Source of the DNA: Camelus ferus | Lineage: Eukaryota | Direction of reading: 5' to 3' | Length of the DNA stretch: 64,000 nt | Assembly: GCF_009834535.1 (NCBI RefSeq) | Contig: NC_045707.1 | Coordinates: 53,508,001 to 53,572,000, forward strand | Shown: positions 49,311 through 62,894 of the stretch, piece by piece | Numbering within the stretch: position 1 is the stretch's first letter | Layout of the letters: each line of letters opens with the position of its first letter | Notes under the pieces: model-generated | Database searches by the model: none | What the model saw: the letters and a program-made list of their open reading frames with translations, nothing else | Told to the model about the DNA's origin: nothing | Position numbers and translations under genes: made by a program

Positions 49311-51769
49311 AAGTCCCATTTCGGGGGTCCGGTGGGAGACTTGGGGGCTTGGCTGTAGGTAGGGGGGCCAGTCACGGGGTTTGGGAGGGAAGGCGAGCAG
49401 GGGGAGTGGGGCTAGGGGGTGTGGCCTGGCCCTGAGCTGGTCGTGGTTTTGGTTGGGTGCCAGGACCGGTAGGTGACGGGATGGAGGTGTTAAGGATGGA
49501 GACCCGGTGGGGCGGGTAAAGGGATGGGCCCCCCGCCCCACTGCCAGGCCCTTGCCCCCAGCCCCCAGCCTGGCACCAGTCCCCACCTCCCGAGCAACAG
49601 GAGTTCCAGCCCGAGCGTCCGCGCTGCGGGCGGGAGGAGGAGGGGCGCGCATGCGCGTGGACGCAGAGCCGCGCCGACCGGACCCGCCCGGAGCGTGTGA
49701 AAGCCGGGCGGGAGCCGAGTGCTCCCGGACCAGCTCCTGGAGGAGGAACGCGGCCTGGGGTCTGGGCCGCCGCTTGCTGCCGCCTCCGCTGCCGCCGCCG
49801 AGCCGGTAAGGGGCGCTTGGTGGGGGCGCGCAGGTCCGGAGCCGGCGGGTGAAGCCTGGGCTGCGCTCGCGGGTAGCGGTGCGTAGGTGAGGCCCGGGCC
49901 TCGCGACCCGTTAGGACCCTGAGGTGGGTCGGGGGCCACCGCGTGGTTCGTGGTGCCCACTTGTCCTTCCCGCTCATTAGTAGTACGGGCGCCTCTTCGT
50001 TGCCACTTGTACCCGGGGGATAGCGGATGCCGCCGCCCCAGGAGGTGGGAGGGCACCGGACGGCCAGGGAGCACGTCCGACTGGCCCTCAGGCCATGGCC
50101 TGTTCCCAGGAGGCGGGTGCGGTGCTGTCAGGGTGCGGGGGCGGGGGCGGGGGTGGCGGCGGCGGCGGCGGCCAGAGGGGTCTACCCTTGGGAGCCTGTG
50201 AATTTGCTCCCCTCTGCTGCGTCCTGTCCTGGGGGCAGCTTTTGCTGTCCAGATTTGCAGGGCCTATGTTGCAGGTCATTTCTGCCCCTGGGAGACGAGG
50301 AGGTGCTGTCAGGGTGCGGGGGCGGCGGCAGCGACAGCGGGAAATGGGAGCAAATCCCCGCGCCAGCATGGGGCAGCCCCAATCCTGCCATTGCTGCTGC
50401 TGCTGCTGCTCTGCGCCCCCCCCCCCCACCCCGCCTACCTCCCAGGAGCAGGCTGACAGGGAGAGATGCTTTCCAGGAAGCCAGGGCAGCAGAGGCTGCC
50501 CCCGGGGCCAGGCAGCGGGGGAGTTGGGAGGAAGTTGACTGGCTCTCCCAGGGCAGCCCCCCTCCCCGCCTCTGCCTCTGCTGCTGCCTGCTGTCCATTC
50601 TGGGCGGGGCTGCCCCCTCCCTGCCGGCAGCACTGTCAACCACCCAAGGCCCACTGGCGAGTGGTGTGCACCCTGGTACCACCCTGACCCATCAGCTCAG
50701 ACGAGGCACTGGTTGGGGGGGGGAGAAGTGGGGTGGAGTAGGGGTGGGGGCAGGGCGCCCGGGCGAGAATTGGCACTGCGTCCAACCCCCGCCCGGGCCC
50801 AGGAGCCTGGGACACAGGGCTGTGTGCCAGCACTCTGCCCGGGATCCCTGGCTGGCTGGCTGTCGCAATGGTGATGGGAGCCCCGACCATCCTGCCCCCG
50901 CTGGTTGAGGGGTGAGGGTGTCAGCTGGAGTAAGGTTGCACTCCGGGTGTGGGGGGATCCCGTGGTGAGTGGGCACAGACTGAGGGGTGAGGAATCGCTG
51001 GGAGTGGAATTGACCCGGCTGAGGGGTGAGGGGGACCATCTTGGGATGTTGGGGGTCCTGCAGTGAGGCATGAGGGGTGAGCTTGTGGCGTGGGGGCCAT
51101 AGGTTACTAGCGTGGTGGAGTGTCGGGGCGGGGACCTCGGTGTGAGAGGAAGTCCCATTTCGGGGGTCCGGTGGGAGACTTGGGGGCTTGGCTGTAGGTA
51201 GGGGGCGGCAGTCACATGGTTTGGGAGGGAAGGCGAGCAGGGGGTAGTGGAGCTAGGGGGTGTGGCCTGGCCCTGAGCTGGTCGTGGTTTTGGTTGGGTG
51301 TCAGGACCGGTAGGTGACGGGATGGAGGTGTTAAGGATGGAGACCCGGTGGGGCGGGTAAAGGGATGGGCCCCCCGCCCCACTGCCAGGCCCTTGCCCCC
51401 AGCCCCCAGCCTGGCACCAGTCCCCACCTCCCGAGCAACAGGAGTTCCAGCCCGAGCGTCCGCGCTGCGGGCGGGAGGAGGAGGGGCGCGCATGCGCGTG
51501 GACGCAGAGCCGCGCCGACCGGACCCGCCCGGAGCGTGTGAAAGCCGGGCGGGAGCCGAGTGCTCCCGGACCAGCTCCTGGAGGAGGAACGCGGCCTGGG
51601 GTCTGGGCCGCCGCTTGCTGCCGCCTCCGCTGCCGCCGCCGAGCCGGTAAGGGGGCGCTTGGTGTGGGCGCGCAGGTCGGGAGCCGGCGGGTGAAGCCTG
51701 GGCTGTGCTCGCGGGTAGCGGTGCGTAGGTGAGGCCCGGGCCTCGCGACCCGTTAGGACCCTGAGGTGG
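49311..51769 (+). promoter_or_regulatory. CpG island in A-X-A arrangement: ~620-bp promoter/exon-1 block repeated at 49311-49927 and 51150-51769
   Basis: Direct repeat with offset ~1840 and ~10-12 differences. NRF1 palindrome GCGCATGCGC at 49647 and 51488, GC boxes. Confidence 0.9.
49660..49805 (+). other. Putative non-coding first exon (copy 1); identical copy 2 at ~51501-51646
   Basis: Follows the NRF1 site, GCC-rich 5'UTR-like sequence, donor CCG|GTAAGG. Confidence 0.6.
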
Positions 51770-52669
51770 ATCAGAGCTGAATTAAAAGAATACCTGTAAA
51801 AAACTGAAAACTGAACACCACTTTCCTTTCTAGATCTGAGAATGTGATTTATTTTTATTGAAGATACTCAGTTACAGTGTGTCAGTCTCTGGTGTACAGC
51901 TTAATGTCCCAGTCATGCATATATGTACATATATTCATTTTCATATTCTTGTTCATTAAAGGTTATTACAGGATATTGAATATAGTTCCATGTGCTATCC
52001 AGAAGAAATTTGGGGTTTTGTTTTATATCTTTTCCTAAATTAATAGACTTAATTTTTTTAGAGTAGTTTCAGGTTCACAGCAGAGTTGAGCAGAAAATAC
52101 AGAGTTCACACATAACCCTCTCCACCCACATATATATACTCCCCTATCCTCAACATCCCTCATCAGTGTGGCGTATTTGGTACAAGCGATGAACCAACAT
52201 GGACACGCTATTATCAACCAAAGTGCATAGTTTACATTAAGGTTCACTCTTGATGTACATTTGACAAATGCATAATGACATGTAGCCACTATAGTATCAC
52301 ATAGAAGAGTTTAATCACCCTAAAAATCCCTTGTGCTCCATCTGTTCATTCCTCCCTCCCTCTCCTTAAACTCTTGGAAACCACGATCTTTTTATTGTTT
52401 CTGTAGCTGTGCCTTTTCTAGAATGTCATTTGGTTGGACTCGTACAGTTTGTAGCCTTTTGAGACTCACTTTTTTCATGTAGTAATAGGTTTTTTAAGTT
52501 TCTTCCATGTCTTTCATGGCTTTATAGCTCATTTTTTTTTTACTGAAGATATAGTTTTTTAAGTTTACATATATGTGCTGTTCATTATTTCTAAGGATGT
52601 TTAGAGCTTTAGCTTTTTAAATTTATATAGTTATCAAAGGAATAAAGCCAACCACAAAATAAGAATTAA

Positions 52670-53232
52670 GTAAAAAAGATACACACACCTTGCTATTAGC
52701 AACATTATTTATGATTGCCAAGATATGGAAGCATCGTAAGTGCACATCAGTAGTTGATAATGAAGATGCAGCATGTATATATATCTATATCTATATGATG
52801 AATGTAATGTAAGAAATATGTATATATATGTATGTATGTATGTAATGGAATACAACTCACCCATAGAAAAGAAGGATATTTTGTCATTTGCAGCCCTTCA
52901 TTCACCTTTTTTTTTTTCACTTCAAAAACCAGAATTTTATAACCGGCATGAACATTTCCATTACATCAGAAACATCAAAATACCTAGAAATAAACTTAAA
53001 GAAGGAGGTTCCCTATACTCCAAACACCAAAATGACACAAAGAAATGAAAAGATTTCTTGTGCTCCTGGATTGGAAGAATCAACACTATCAAAATGGCCA
53101 CACTACCCAAAGCAATCCATAGATCCAATGCAACCCCCATCAAAATACTCACAACATTCCTCACAGAACTAGAACAAAAAATTCCAGAATTTATAAGGAA
53201 CCACAAAAGACCCCGAACAACCAAGGCAATTT
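52670..53232 (+). mobile_element. Two sense L1 ORF2 fragments in non-native order
   Basis: ORF2 C-terminal motifs at 52670-52895, then [29 protein letters not shown] at 53058-53232. Confidence 0.75.
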
Positions 53233-54550
53233 TTTGTAGGTCTTTTTTTTTTTTTTCCCTCTTTCTTCTTTTTGTTCTCTTTTCTTAGGGTTTGATGATG
53301 AGAGAAGTTGTAACATCTGTTGTAAAGCTGGTTTTGTGGTGCTGAATTCTTGTAGCTTTTGTTTATCTGTGAACCTTTTGACTTCTCCATCAAGTCTGAA
53401 CCAGAGCCTTGCTGGATAGAGTGTTCTTGGTTGTAAGTTTTCCCCTTTCATTACATTAAATATATCATGCGACTTCTTTCTGTCCTGTAGAATTTCTGCT
53501 GAAAAATCAGCTGATAAACTTATGGGAGTTCCCTTGTATGTTATTTGTTGCTTCTCTCTTGCTGATTTTAGTATTTTCTCCTTATCCTTAATTGTTGTCA
53601 ATTTGATGACTATGTGCCTTGGTGTGTCCCTTTTTGTGTTGACCCTATGTGGTCCTCTCTGTGCTTCCTGGACTTGGGTGACTGTTTCCTTTCCCAAGTT
53701 GGGAAAGTTTTCAGTGATTATCTCTCCAAAAATTTTCTCAGGTCCTTTCTCTCTCTCTTCTCTTTCTGGGACCCCTATAATGCAAATATTAGAGCACTTC
53801 ATGTTGTCCCAGAGTTCTCTTAAACTATCCTCATTTCTTTTCATTCTTTTTTCTTTTTTCTGTTCTGAAGTAGCGATTTCCACTAATCTGTCTTCCAGTT
53901 CACTGATCCGTTCTTCTGCTTCATTTAGTCTATTCTTGGTTCCTTCTAGTATATTGTTCATTTCAGTGATTTTATTCTTCACCTCTGTTTGGGTATTCTT
54001 TATCTTTTCCAACTCTCTAAAAACTTTGCTCTGTGCTTCTGTACTCCTCTTGAGTTCTCTGAAAAGCTTGGCCATCATTACTTTAAACTCTTTCTCAGAT
54101 AAATTGCCTATCTCCTCATCACTTATTTCTCCTACTGGGATTTTATCTTGTGCCTTGGCCTGGGAGATGTTCCTCTGCCACCCCATCATCTATTTTTCTG
54201 TGTGTTTGTGGGCTCCTTCCACAGGCTTTGGGATTGTTGTTTTCTTATTTTTAGTATCTGCCCCTGGTGGGTGATGCTGGACTAGAGGCTTATGCAGGTT
54301 TCCTGGCAGGAGGAGCTGGTGCCTGCCCACTGCTGAGTGAAGCCTGGTCCTGGGCCTCTGGTGGGTAGGACTATGTCTAGAGGCCTTTGTGGCTCAGGAA
54401 GTCTGCTGATGGGTGGGCCTGTGTTCCCACCCTATATGTTGCTTGGCCTGAGTCTTCCCTCCAGGCTGTTGGGTGGGGCCAGGTCTTGGTGCTAATGATC
54501 CGATCAAGATGTCAGCCTCCAGGAAAGCTCATGTAGATGAACACTCCCAT
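53233..54550 (-). mobile_element. L1 partial 5'UTR + open ORF1 (ORF 54189-53191)
   Basis: ORF1p coiled coil (RLNEAEERISELEDR), RRM (NICIIGVPE, ENFPNL, TPRHIVIKL) and CTD (LSADFSAE, QPRTLYPARL, LQEFSTTKPALQQML). Confidence 0.93.
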
Positions 54551-55789
54551 AAAGATGTGACATTTTACACACAGTGCGCCAAACAAAGCGATATGTTTAA
54601 TGTTTATTCTGCCCTACTGGCCCTCTGGCCTTCTGTTTGAAAGCACCTTATGAAAATTAAAAATTCAAACAGCCAGAAAGCCCTCGCAGAGACTGCGAGA
54701 GAAATGACGGTGGACTGTCTAGGAACAGTGGTCCTCACACTACACTGGTACCCAGTACCTGCTGGATAACTGCTGTACCTTATCATCAACTAACCTGCAA
54801 ACTCTATGCTTCAATTCCACTGCTCTTCAAACTCAGCTTCAGGTGTGAGTCACATTTTCCCTCTGCTTAGAGCACTCCGTGTTGTCTATTCCTTTTCATC
54901 CTTCATGTCTCAGTTCAGATGTCATCACTGGTGGAGTATCGGATTCCTTCCCAGACCATTTTGCAGTGGGGAGGTGTCCCTCCTTTGTGCTGTGTCAGCA
55001 CTTGCACTTTCCCTATCATATATTTTAATTGCCATTTCCTTCTCTGTATCTCCCATTAGACTCAAAGCTGCCTATGTTTGGGGATTTCATATGTTTTATC
55101 TGCTGCTATGTCAGTAGTGCTGGCATAGAGTAGAAGGTCATTAAATGGTGATTAAATGAATAGACGGTGAGAGACCCCAGACTTAGATCCCTTTGGAGAG
55201 CCATAATCTGAAAGGATTTTTCTGTTACAGCTTAATTTGGGGGCTGGTAATTGGAGAGCAGAACTATAAGTTCTGCGGTCCCTTTCAGAAGGTGGCAGTG
55301 GGACCCACTCTTCTGTTAATCCCTGTCCCTCTTCTGACACAACAGTATTGGTAGGAACAGCTTTCATTTTGAAGTATCTTGTGGCCTGCAAGCCACTGTG
55401 TCCGTCACCATCTTCCCCATTCTAGCTGGTGTAAACATCCCTGAGGGCTGGTCACTGAAGGGCAGCTCCGCATCAAGCAGAGCAAAGCATTCTGGGAAGT
55501 AACCACATGGGTGCTTCTGCTTGTGGGCATGTGGGCATGCCTTATGCAAGCCACTGCTCTTCTGAGTATTCACAAGCTCTTCCTTTACATTTCTTTTTAT
55601 TTTAATTGACTCATTTGTCTTTGTGAGAAAAATGAGAAATAAACTCCACCAGCAGTGCTACCTGCTGGAAGCAGGTTGGGAGCTTGGAGAATGCAGGGGC
55701 CTGAAGAGCTGCACAAAGAAGCCACAGGGGCTGAGCTAGGGTACAGCCCCTCTTTTTTCCTCCTGGGAGATGTTCTTACTGCCTGGGGG

Positions 55790-56318
55790 ATGTATGAGTT
55801 CTCTATTGCTGTGTGACAAATGACCGCAAACTTAGGCGCCTAAAACAATGGACATCATCTCACAGTTTCAGTGGGCCACTGATGCAAGCACAGCTTCGGT
55901 AGATCTTTTGCTCAGAGTCTCAAGAGGTTGCAGTAAAGTCTGGAGTTTGGGTTCTTTTTCAGGCCCGGGTGTTGGTTGGCAGAATTTTGTTCCTTGCGGC
56001 TGTAGGACTGAGGATGCAGTTTTCTTGCTGGCCATCAGCTGGGGGCTGCTCTCAGCTCTACAAGCTGCCTCAGTTCCTGCCAGGGGGTTTCTCGTAGGCT
56101 CTCTCTCAACATGGCTGCTTACTTCTTCAAAGCCAGCAGGGGAGTCTTTGCTCCAGTCTGCTAAAATGGATTATTAAAGAATAATATAATCATGGGAGTA
56201 ACATTCCATTACTTTTGCCATATTCTGTTGGCTGTAGATCAGTCACAGGTTCTGCCCATACTCAAAGGGAGGGAATTATACAAAGATGTGACTCTCACCT
56301 TAGGATGTGTCTACCACT
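55790..56318 (-). mobile_element. ERVL-MaLR LTR (MLT1-like)
   Basis: TCTATTGCTGTGTGACAAATGACCGCAAACTTAG...ATCTCACAGTTTC, GGCTGTAGGACTGAGG, CATGGCTGCTTACTTCTTCAAAGCCAGC. Confidence 0.7.
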
Positions 56319-59300
56319 GGGAGCCATCACAGGATATTCTGGGACCACTAAGTGACTTATCAGCTCCCACTGTCTAACCACTTGTAGGGACTTGCCATAA
56401 AACTCTCTAAACTGGCCAGAGCCAGAGCTCATAGCAAAGAGCTAATTTTGTGCGAGGAAAGTGGATCATCACCAAGAGAAAGTGATCACTGGAGCCAGAA
56501 AGATGGCCAGCTGCTTCCTCCTAACTACTCAACAAGAAAAAGCTGTAGTCACATGTACAAATTGTGGATTGGGAGAGCTAGGACAAGGACTGTGGTTTGA
56601 CTGTCATCAGGCATTTTGGATTAGGGTCCCCTATTTTCAACCCATTATCAAGAAGAGAGCCATTGAGAGTCACCTTGTTGATAATGTCACTTGGGACCGC
56701 CATTGTTGTTCGTCTGCTAAATAAGGCAAATACCCGAGAGAGTTCCCGCTTCTGGACTCCTTTAGCAGCTAGACTCAGTTCTCCCTCTGCATTGCTAAAA
56801 GCTCTTAGGGGCCAGCAAAACCCCTAAGGGGCTGGGAGGGGTGTGTGTGTGTGTGAAGGTGGAGAGTGAGGGTTACTGCCTTTCACAAGCCGTTGCTGAG
56901 GGACTGTATACAGAAGGGTTTTGTTGGCACAGTTAGCTTTCGAGAAGCCCCTGTCTCCCCACTTTTCCTTTTTATCCTTTCTATATGCCTCAAAATATCC
57001 TAGTATTTTATTTTAAGTACTTTCCTTGGCAATCAAATGGGATATTAATAACATTTCACCCTAATTATCATTTGTTTAATCTCTCTTCCTCCCTCTCTTT
57101 CATCATTTGAAGAAAGTTGCACATTTCATGGCCTTTTACTTGTAAATATGTAGATCTTTAATTCCTAAGAGTAATGATATTCTCTTATATAACCGCAGTA
57201 AATTCTCAAATTCAGTTAATATTGATATTATACCATTGATATAATACTTTAAAATAATGCATGTCCACATTTCAACTTTGCCTCCTGACCAGAAGGTATT
57301 CTTTGGAGCACTTGTACCTCTCCAGTACAGCGTCAGTTCTAGGATGAGGATTGCATTTGGTTATATCTCTTGAGACTCCTTCAGTCGGAATCATATCAGA
57401 GCCTCTTTTTGTCTTCCAGGATATTGGTAATTTTGAAGAACACAAACCTCCTTGTCCTTTCTTTAATTGAATGTTCCTCTTTTTGGATTTGCCTGATGTT
57501 TCCTGATTAGTTTTAGATTAATGATCCCAGGTAAAAATAACACATAGGTGAATTTTTTTCTCTCTGGGAATCAAATCTGGGGATATCTAATAGCCATCTG
57601 TCTTTCACTGGTGATGTTAATTTTGAAAATTAAAACAGCAGTCAAGATGTTGCTCGATTTTCCACTGTAATGATTCTTTTTGTTCTCCCTTGCAAGTAAT
57701 AAGCAGTCTCTGAGAGCCATTTTACAACCATGCAAGTATCTTGCTCCACATCAAAAACCCTCTCCTAGATTTAGCGTCTATTTGTGATTTACTTGATCCA
57801 ATCTTTACTGTCTTGTAAGCAAAATGATAATTTTCCAACTCCCACTCTTTCTACAAAAATTTACTGTTTGGTTCTCTGCATCCTAATATAAATAAGGACT
57901 AGATCTTCTCCCCTGTTTACTATCTATTTATTATTGATATAGACTCATGAATTATAACTTTGTTCAATAGCTTATAATTCATTACTCTGCTTAGTTATTT
58001 TGATCCTCACATTTTCCCAGATTGATTCAAGATTTTACTCTTGAAAGTCTAGGCAGACTACCCTCCAGGGCAGAGCTGGCCTTCTCAAGAGGAAAAGGCA
58101 GCCCTAATCAGCAATGAAGCTTCAGTGGCAGTTGAACCAGAGCTGGCCTGTGATCCTAGACCAGCTAGACTGCCATCAGTGAGCAAGCAGTCTACAAAGT
58201 GTCACCCAAATGCCAGGTGAACCTCTCCCGGTCCTAACCGCAGCAGGGCAGCACATGCTCAAGCAGCCTGTCCTGACAGTGCTAACAAGCCTTTTGCTTC
58301 AGTCTGACCTGTTGTCTGCTTGATCCCACCTGAGTCTCACCTGAACCTGCTTGGCCAACCCAGCCCTCCTTTCATCTGAGACTGAGGGGAAATTGAGATT
58401 ATTCATGGTACTGATGGTGGTCTCCCAGTGTCTCCGAAGTTCTCCCCACTTCACTGCCTACCTCGTTTTCTTCCTGGCCCATCAAATCACCGAGGAATTA
58501 AAGACCAACACATTTAGGAGTAAAAGGCCGTGATGTGTGCAATTTCCTTTAAATGATGAAAGAGAGAGAAGGAGGAAAGGAAAGGGAGAGAGATTAAACA
58601 AATAATAATTACGATAGAATGTTAGTACTATCTGAATCTAGGTTAAGAATGTATGGATGTTCTTTATACTATTTTTATTCTTTCTAATTTTTATATACAT
58701 TTGAAATTATTTCCAAGTGAAATTTACAGAAAGAGTTACATAATATATATTATTAAGTTTTTAAAAAAATCTAGTACAATGTGTTCACTTGCTGTCTCAC
58801 TTGTTAAAAAGTAAGTACAAACACTAAGACACACACATACTTATTAATATGCATGAGAGTGTCCAGAATGATACATAAAACAAGAAAATGTTATTGACAT
58901 TTGCCTCTGGGTCAGGGACTGTATAATGGATGGGAGAGAGACCTACTTTTCACTATACAACCTTTTTGTAATGTCTGCGTTACAAAAAAAAAAAAAAAAG
59001 CAAGTACTTTTAAAATGAAAAACAATAATGGTTTAATTTAATCCAGTTTCAAACATAATAATACAGAATTGTTTTGTGTACCTTAGTCTAGGCCCTAAAA
59101 ATATAATGAAAAAGATTTATTTTGAATCTAATGCCCTCAAGTAAATCATATTCTACTTGGAAAGAAAAAGGATAAGATCTTCTAATCAATGAAGAAAGGT
59201 AAGAGAAATATGATGCTGTTATTAAAATGAAATAAAGAGAACAGAAGTACAAAACCTTAGTTGTACATCTGGATCTCCCACTGTTTTAATTGCACCTCAA

Positions 59301-60110
59301 TTAAAGCATTTGTACTTTATTTTTCTCACTTAGTAAGAGATTGAGTAATATTTTCCCCTCTCCTGTCCGTATAAGGGTGTTCTAAGGATTAATGAGATCA
59401 TTTTTATGGAGATTCTTGAACTTCAGTTGGAAAGGGTATGAAATATAAATAAATAATATTATTAATGTCAGCTATAAAACATACTTCTTTGAAATAAGCT
59501 CAAGTGCCAATGAAAGAAAGGATGAAAGAAAGAAGAGAAGAAAGAAAAAAGATATAAACCTTCTTGTATTAACTTCTTAAGACTTTCACCTGCTCTCTGG
59601 AATATCTGTGTAATTTGGCACTTTACAGAAAATGCAGTCATGTTCCTTCCTCTGTGGGCTTCCAAGAAGGCATATTTTTGTGTTATCAAGGCCAGATTTA
59701 CTGAGACATCCAAAAAGTGATGACTTTGGGACAATAACCTTGCAGTTATTCCCCTGAGATTGAATCAAAGTTCGCTGGTGTCTCTGACAACCCTTTTGGA
59801 ACACATCTAGTTTTAATAACACAGTTGGTGTGAAACACTTCCTAAAGGAAAAAGAAAGACAAGAACATCAACAGAATACCACTATATAAAAACAAAGTTA
59901 AAAGATTGTGTGTAGAAAGGGAGTTAAGGGTCGACCTTTAAGATCACAAAAAGAGTAAATTCCAAGTTTGAAGTTGAAATCTGGGTCTTAAGAGTTTCCC
60001 ACTGTACCGTATACTACTGCCTGTATTGAACAATTTTTTTTTTTTTTTGGAAATTCTTTAGCAAAGTGTTTAATTATGATTTCTCAGATCTTATATTTTG
60101 TTTCTCAAGC

Positions 60111-60712
60111 TTTTTTTTTTTTAACATTTTTTATTGATTTATAATCATTTTACAATGTTGTGTCAAATTCCAGTGTTCAGCACAATTTTTCAGTTATTCA
60201 TGGACATATACACACTCATTGTCACATTTTTTTCTCTGTGAGTTATCATAACCTTTTGTGTATATTTGCCTGTGCTATACAGTGTAGTCTATTCTACAAT
60301 TTTGAAATCCCAGTCTATCCCTTCCCACCCTCCACCCCCCTGGTAACCACAAGTCTGTGTTCTCTGTCTGTGAGTCTATTTCTGTCCTTTATTTATGCTT
60401 TGTTTTTGTTTGTTTGTTTTTGTTTTTGTTTTTTAGATTCCACATATGAGCGATCTCATATGGTATTTTTCTTTCTCTTTCTGGCTTACTTCACTTAGAA
60501 TGACATTCTCCAGGAGCATCCATGTTGTTGCAAATGGCATTATGTTGTCAGTTTTTATGGCTGAGTAGTTTTCCATTGTATAAATATACCACATCTTCTT
60601 TATCCAGTCACCTGTTGATGGACATGTAGGCTGTTTCCATGTTTTGGCTATTGTAAATAGTGCTGCTATGAACACTGGGGTGCAGGTGTCATCCTGAAGT
60701 AGATTTCCTTCT
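60111..60712 (-). mobile_element. Young 5'-truncated L1 (same subfamily as the COX1 insertion)
   Basis: Poly(T) plus AACATTTTTTATTGATTTATAATCATTTTACAATG. ORF2 end MFIAALFTIAKTWKQPTCPS..WIKKMWYIYTME. Confidence 0.9.
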
Positions 60713-62894
60713 AGATCAATTTTTTAATGTTATTCTGATAGCCCCAGAAAGCATGAGGTCTACTAGAAATGAATATTTTAGACTTTTACTATTAACACTA
60801 TGCTTGCATAATACTTTTTTTTTTCTCAAAGACTTTCACATTTATTACTTCATTTGAGAGCCTTTGCTGCTTGTTCAATGGCCTTTTCATTAAATCACAT
60901 CATCTCTCTAATAACTTTTTCATTCCTCTTGTGACTGAAAAGTACACCTTAATTGTAACCATAAATAATTCTATGTGTTATTATTGTGCTAGATAGAATA
61001 TTGATTATTGAGCATAAAGGCTTAAAAATTCAAAGATGGCATATGATACAAATATAGATCTACTACCAAGCTGTATCTATGCTGTCCAGGTTTTCCCTCA
61101 CAATTAGAGCTGTCCCTTCAGCAATAGCTTTGTAACTACTGACCCTGAAACCGCATAAGCTGACCTCAAATAAACTCTGTAACAGTGTAAAATGCATGCG
61201 TCCATATTTGCCTTTTTTATGTTTTGGAAAATTTGAAGATTGGAATAGAAAACACCCAATACTGTAGCAAAATAAACAGGGAAATTATGAAGATGTATAA
61301 AATAACACAAGGTAACAGTAACTCAAGACAACTAAATTCTTTCAATCATGGATTATTCTTTTCAAATAGCTCAAAGCATCTCTTCTGTGTCCAGACTTTT
61401 GTATTACTTAATCACGTAAGTAATTACTTAACTAATTACTTGAACGTGAAGGTTGAATGTCAGAGGTAACAGAAGTGGTCAGTTTAATAGGAGCAAATTT
61501 ATCCTGGAGGCATGAGTCTAAGAAGTATGGTTATCCTGATAAAGAATTGCTAGCTTCCCAATGAAGAGGCTTGCTCATCTTCTGCCAGCACATCGTATCA
61601 TTCAGTGACAGAGGCTGGGAACAAGGCGGCAGGGGAAAGATGAGGCTGGAGCTTTGGCAAGGAGGAGAGAAAATATTACAAAATGCACCTTGTAAAGCCC
61701 TGTATGAACTATGTGTTGTCATCCATATGAAGGAAGAAGTCACTGGAGAGTTTTAGTTTTATTAAAGGAGTGAGAGATGTTTAGATTTTAGGGGAAAAAT
61801 CCTGTTTGATTCACTGTTACTGCAATACAAGTAGACAAGTTTAGAACAGAGATGCCAGTCAAGTGTATGTTCAGAGTTACGGAGGAAACAGGTGATGTGG
61901 TCTGAACCTTTATGGCATGTGGTGTGGGGCCGGAAGGAGTAGAGAAGTAGGTAAATTCTAGCAAGAAGGGTCAGAAGGATATGCACTATTCACATGAACT
62001 GGAGTGCATGAGAAAGAGCTGTCCTGGGAGTCAAAAGGATATTAATAAACCTCTGGAAATGGATTATATACCACAGCAATTTGAGAAAAGAACTAAGGAC
62101 TGGTTTTTGAAAAATATCAACACTTAGGAAAGGCAGAAGGAAATAAACAGACAGCCCAGATGAGGAGATAGGAAAAAAAAAAAACCTAAGAGAAGAGTCA
62201 TATAATTGGAGTTAAGAGAAAAGAATAGTTCATGAAGGTGGGAGGAGGCGATGGTGTCAGTGTAGTACCCGTTCATGTGAGAGGAAAAAAATAACAAACA
62301 CGCAAACTGGGAAGTGCCTGTCAGTTTTAGCAAAAAGGAGGTCATTGGTGACCTTGGGAATAGCAGTTTTAGTGGAGTCTTGTGGGAAGAATACAGATTA
62401 GCAGGGGTTTAGGAATGAATTAGAAGTAAATTAGGGGAGACAAAACTGAAGCAACTAATGTGAAGGGAGAAAGAGAGGGAGTTAAGTAGAGGGGACAACT
62501 GGTGTCTGCCAAGAGCTCTGGACTGATGTATGTGCTGTCAAGAGCTCTGACTGTGTACCCAAGAACTGTCAGCACGAACTGGGACTTATGCTTACATATA
62601 CTGTTTACCAGACACAGATTGGTGCCTATTTTGCATTTAGAGTGATACTTAAACCACAGCAGCGTGCTGACTCAGCAAAGTGATTCATACTTGATGGAGA
62701 GTTGCCCTCAAGTGTGCACGCAAAGTGCCACATTAGGCGCCCAGTCATTCTTCAATAAACATTCACCTGACACGGTTAAAGGACCGGGTCTATTCATCTT
62801 AGGTTGCCTATCGCTTTGTGAAAATCAATTCGCATCTTTGGTTTTCTTTGCTTGTAATTTTTTTTCCCAAATGATGTGTCTCTAGCCGTGTAAG

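Noticed and set aside
49203..51732. Many ORFs of 100-293 aa across the A-X-A island
   Set aside because: GC-driven, low-complexity ORFs in all frames.
53522..54274. 250-aa hydrophobic + strand ORF
   Set aside because: Antisense shadow of L1 ORF1.
61065..61180. Possible minus-strand exon (TTACAG acceptor, open frame SLFEVSLCGFRVSSYK...)
   Set aside because: Weak donor, unrecognised peptide and no supporting neighbouring exons.
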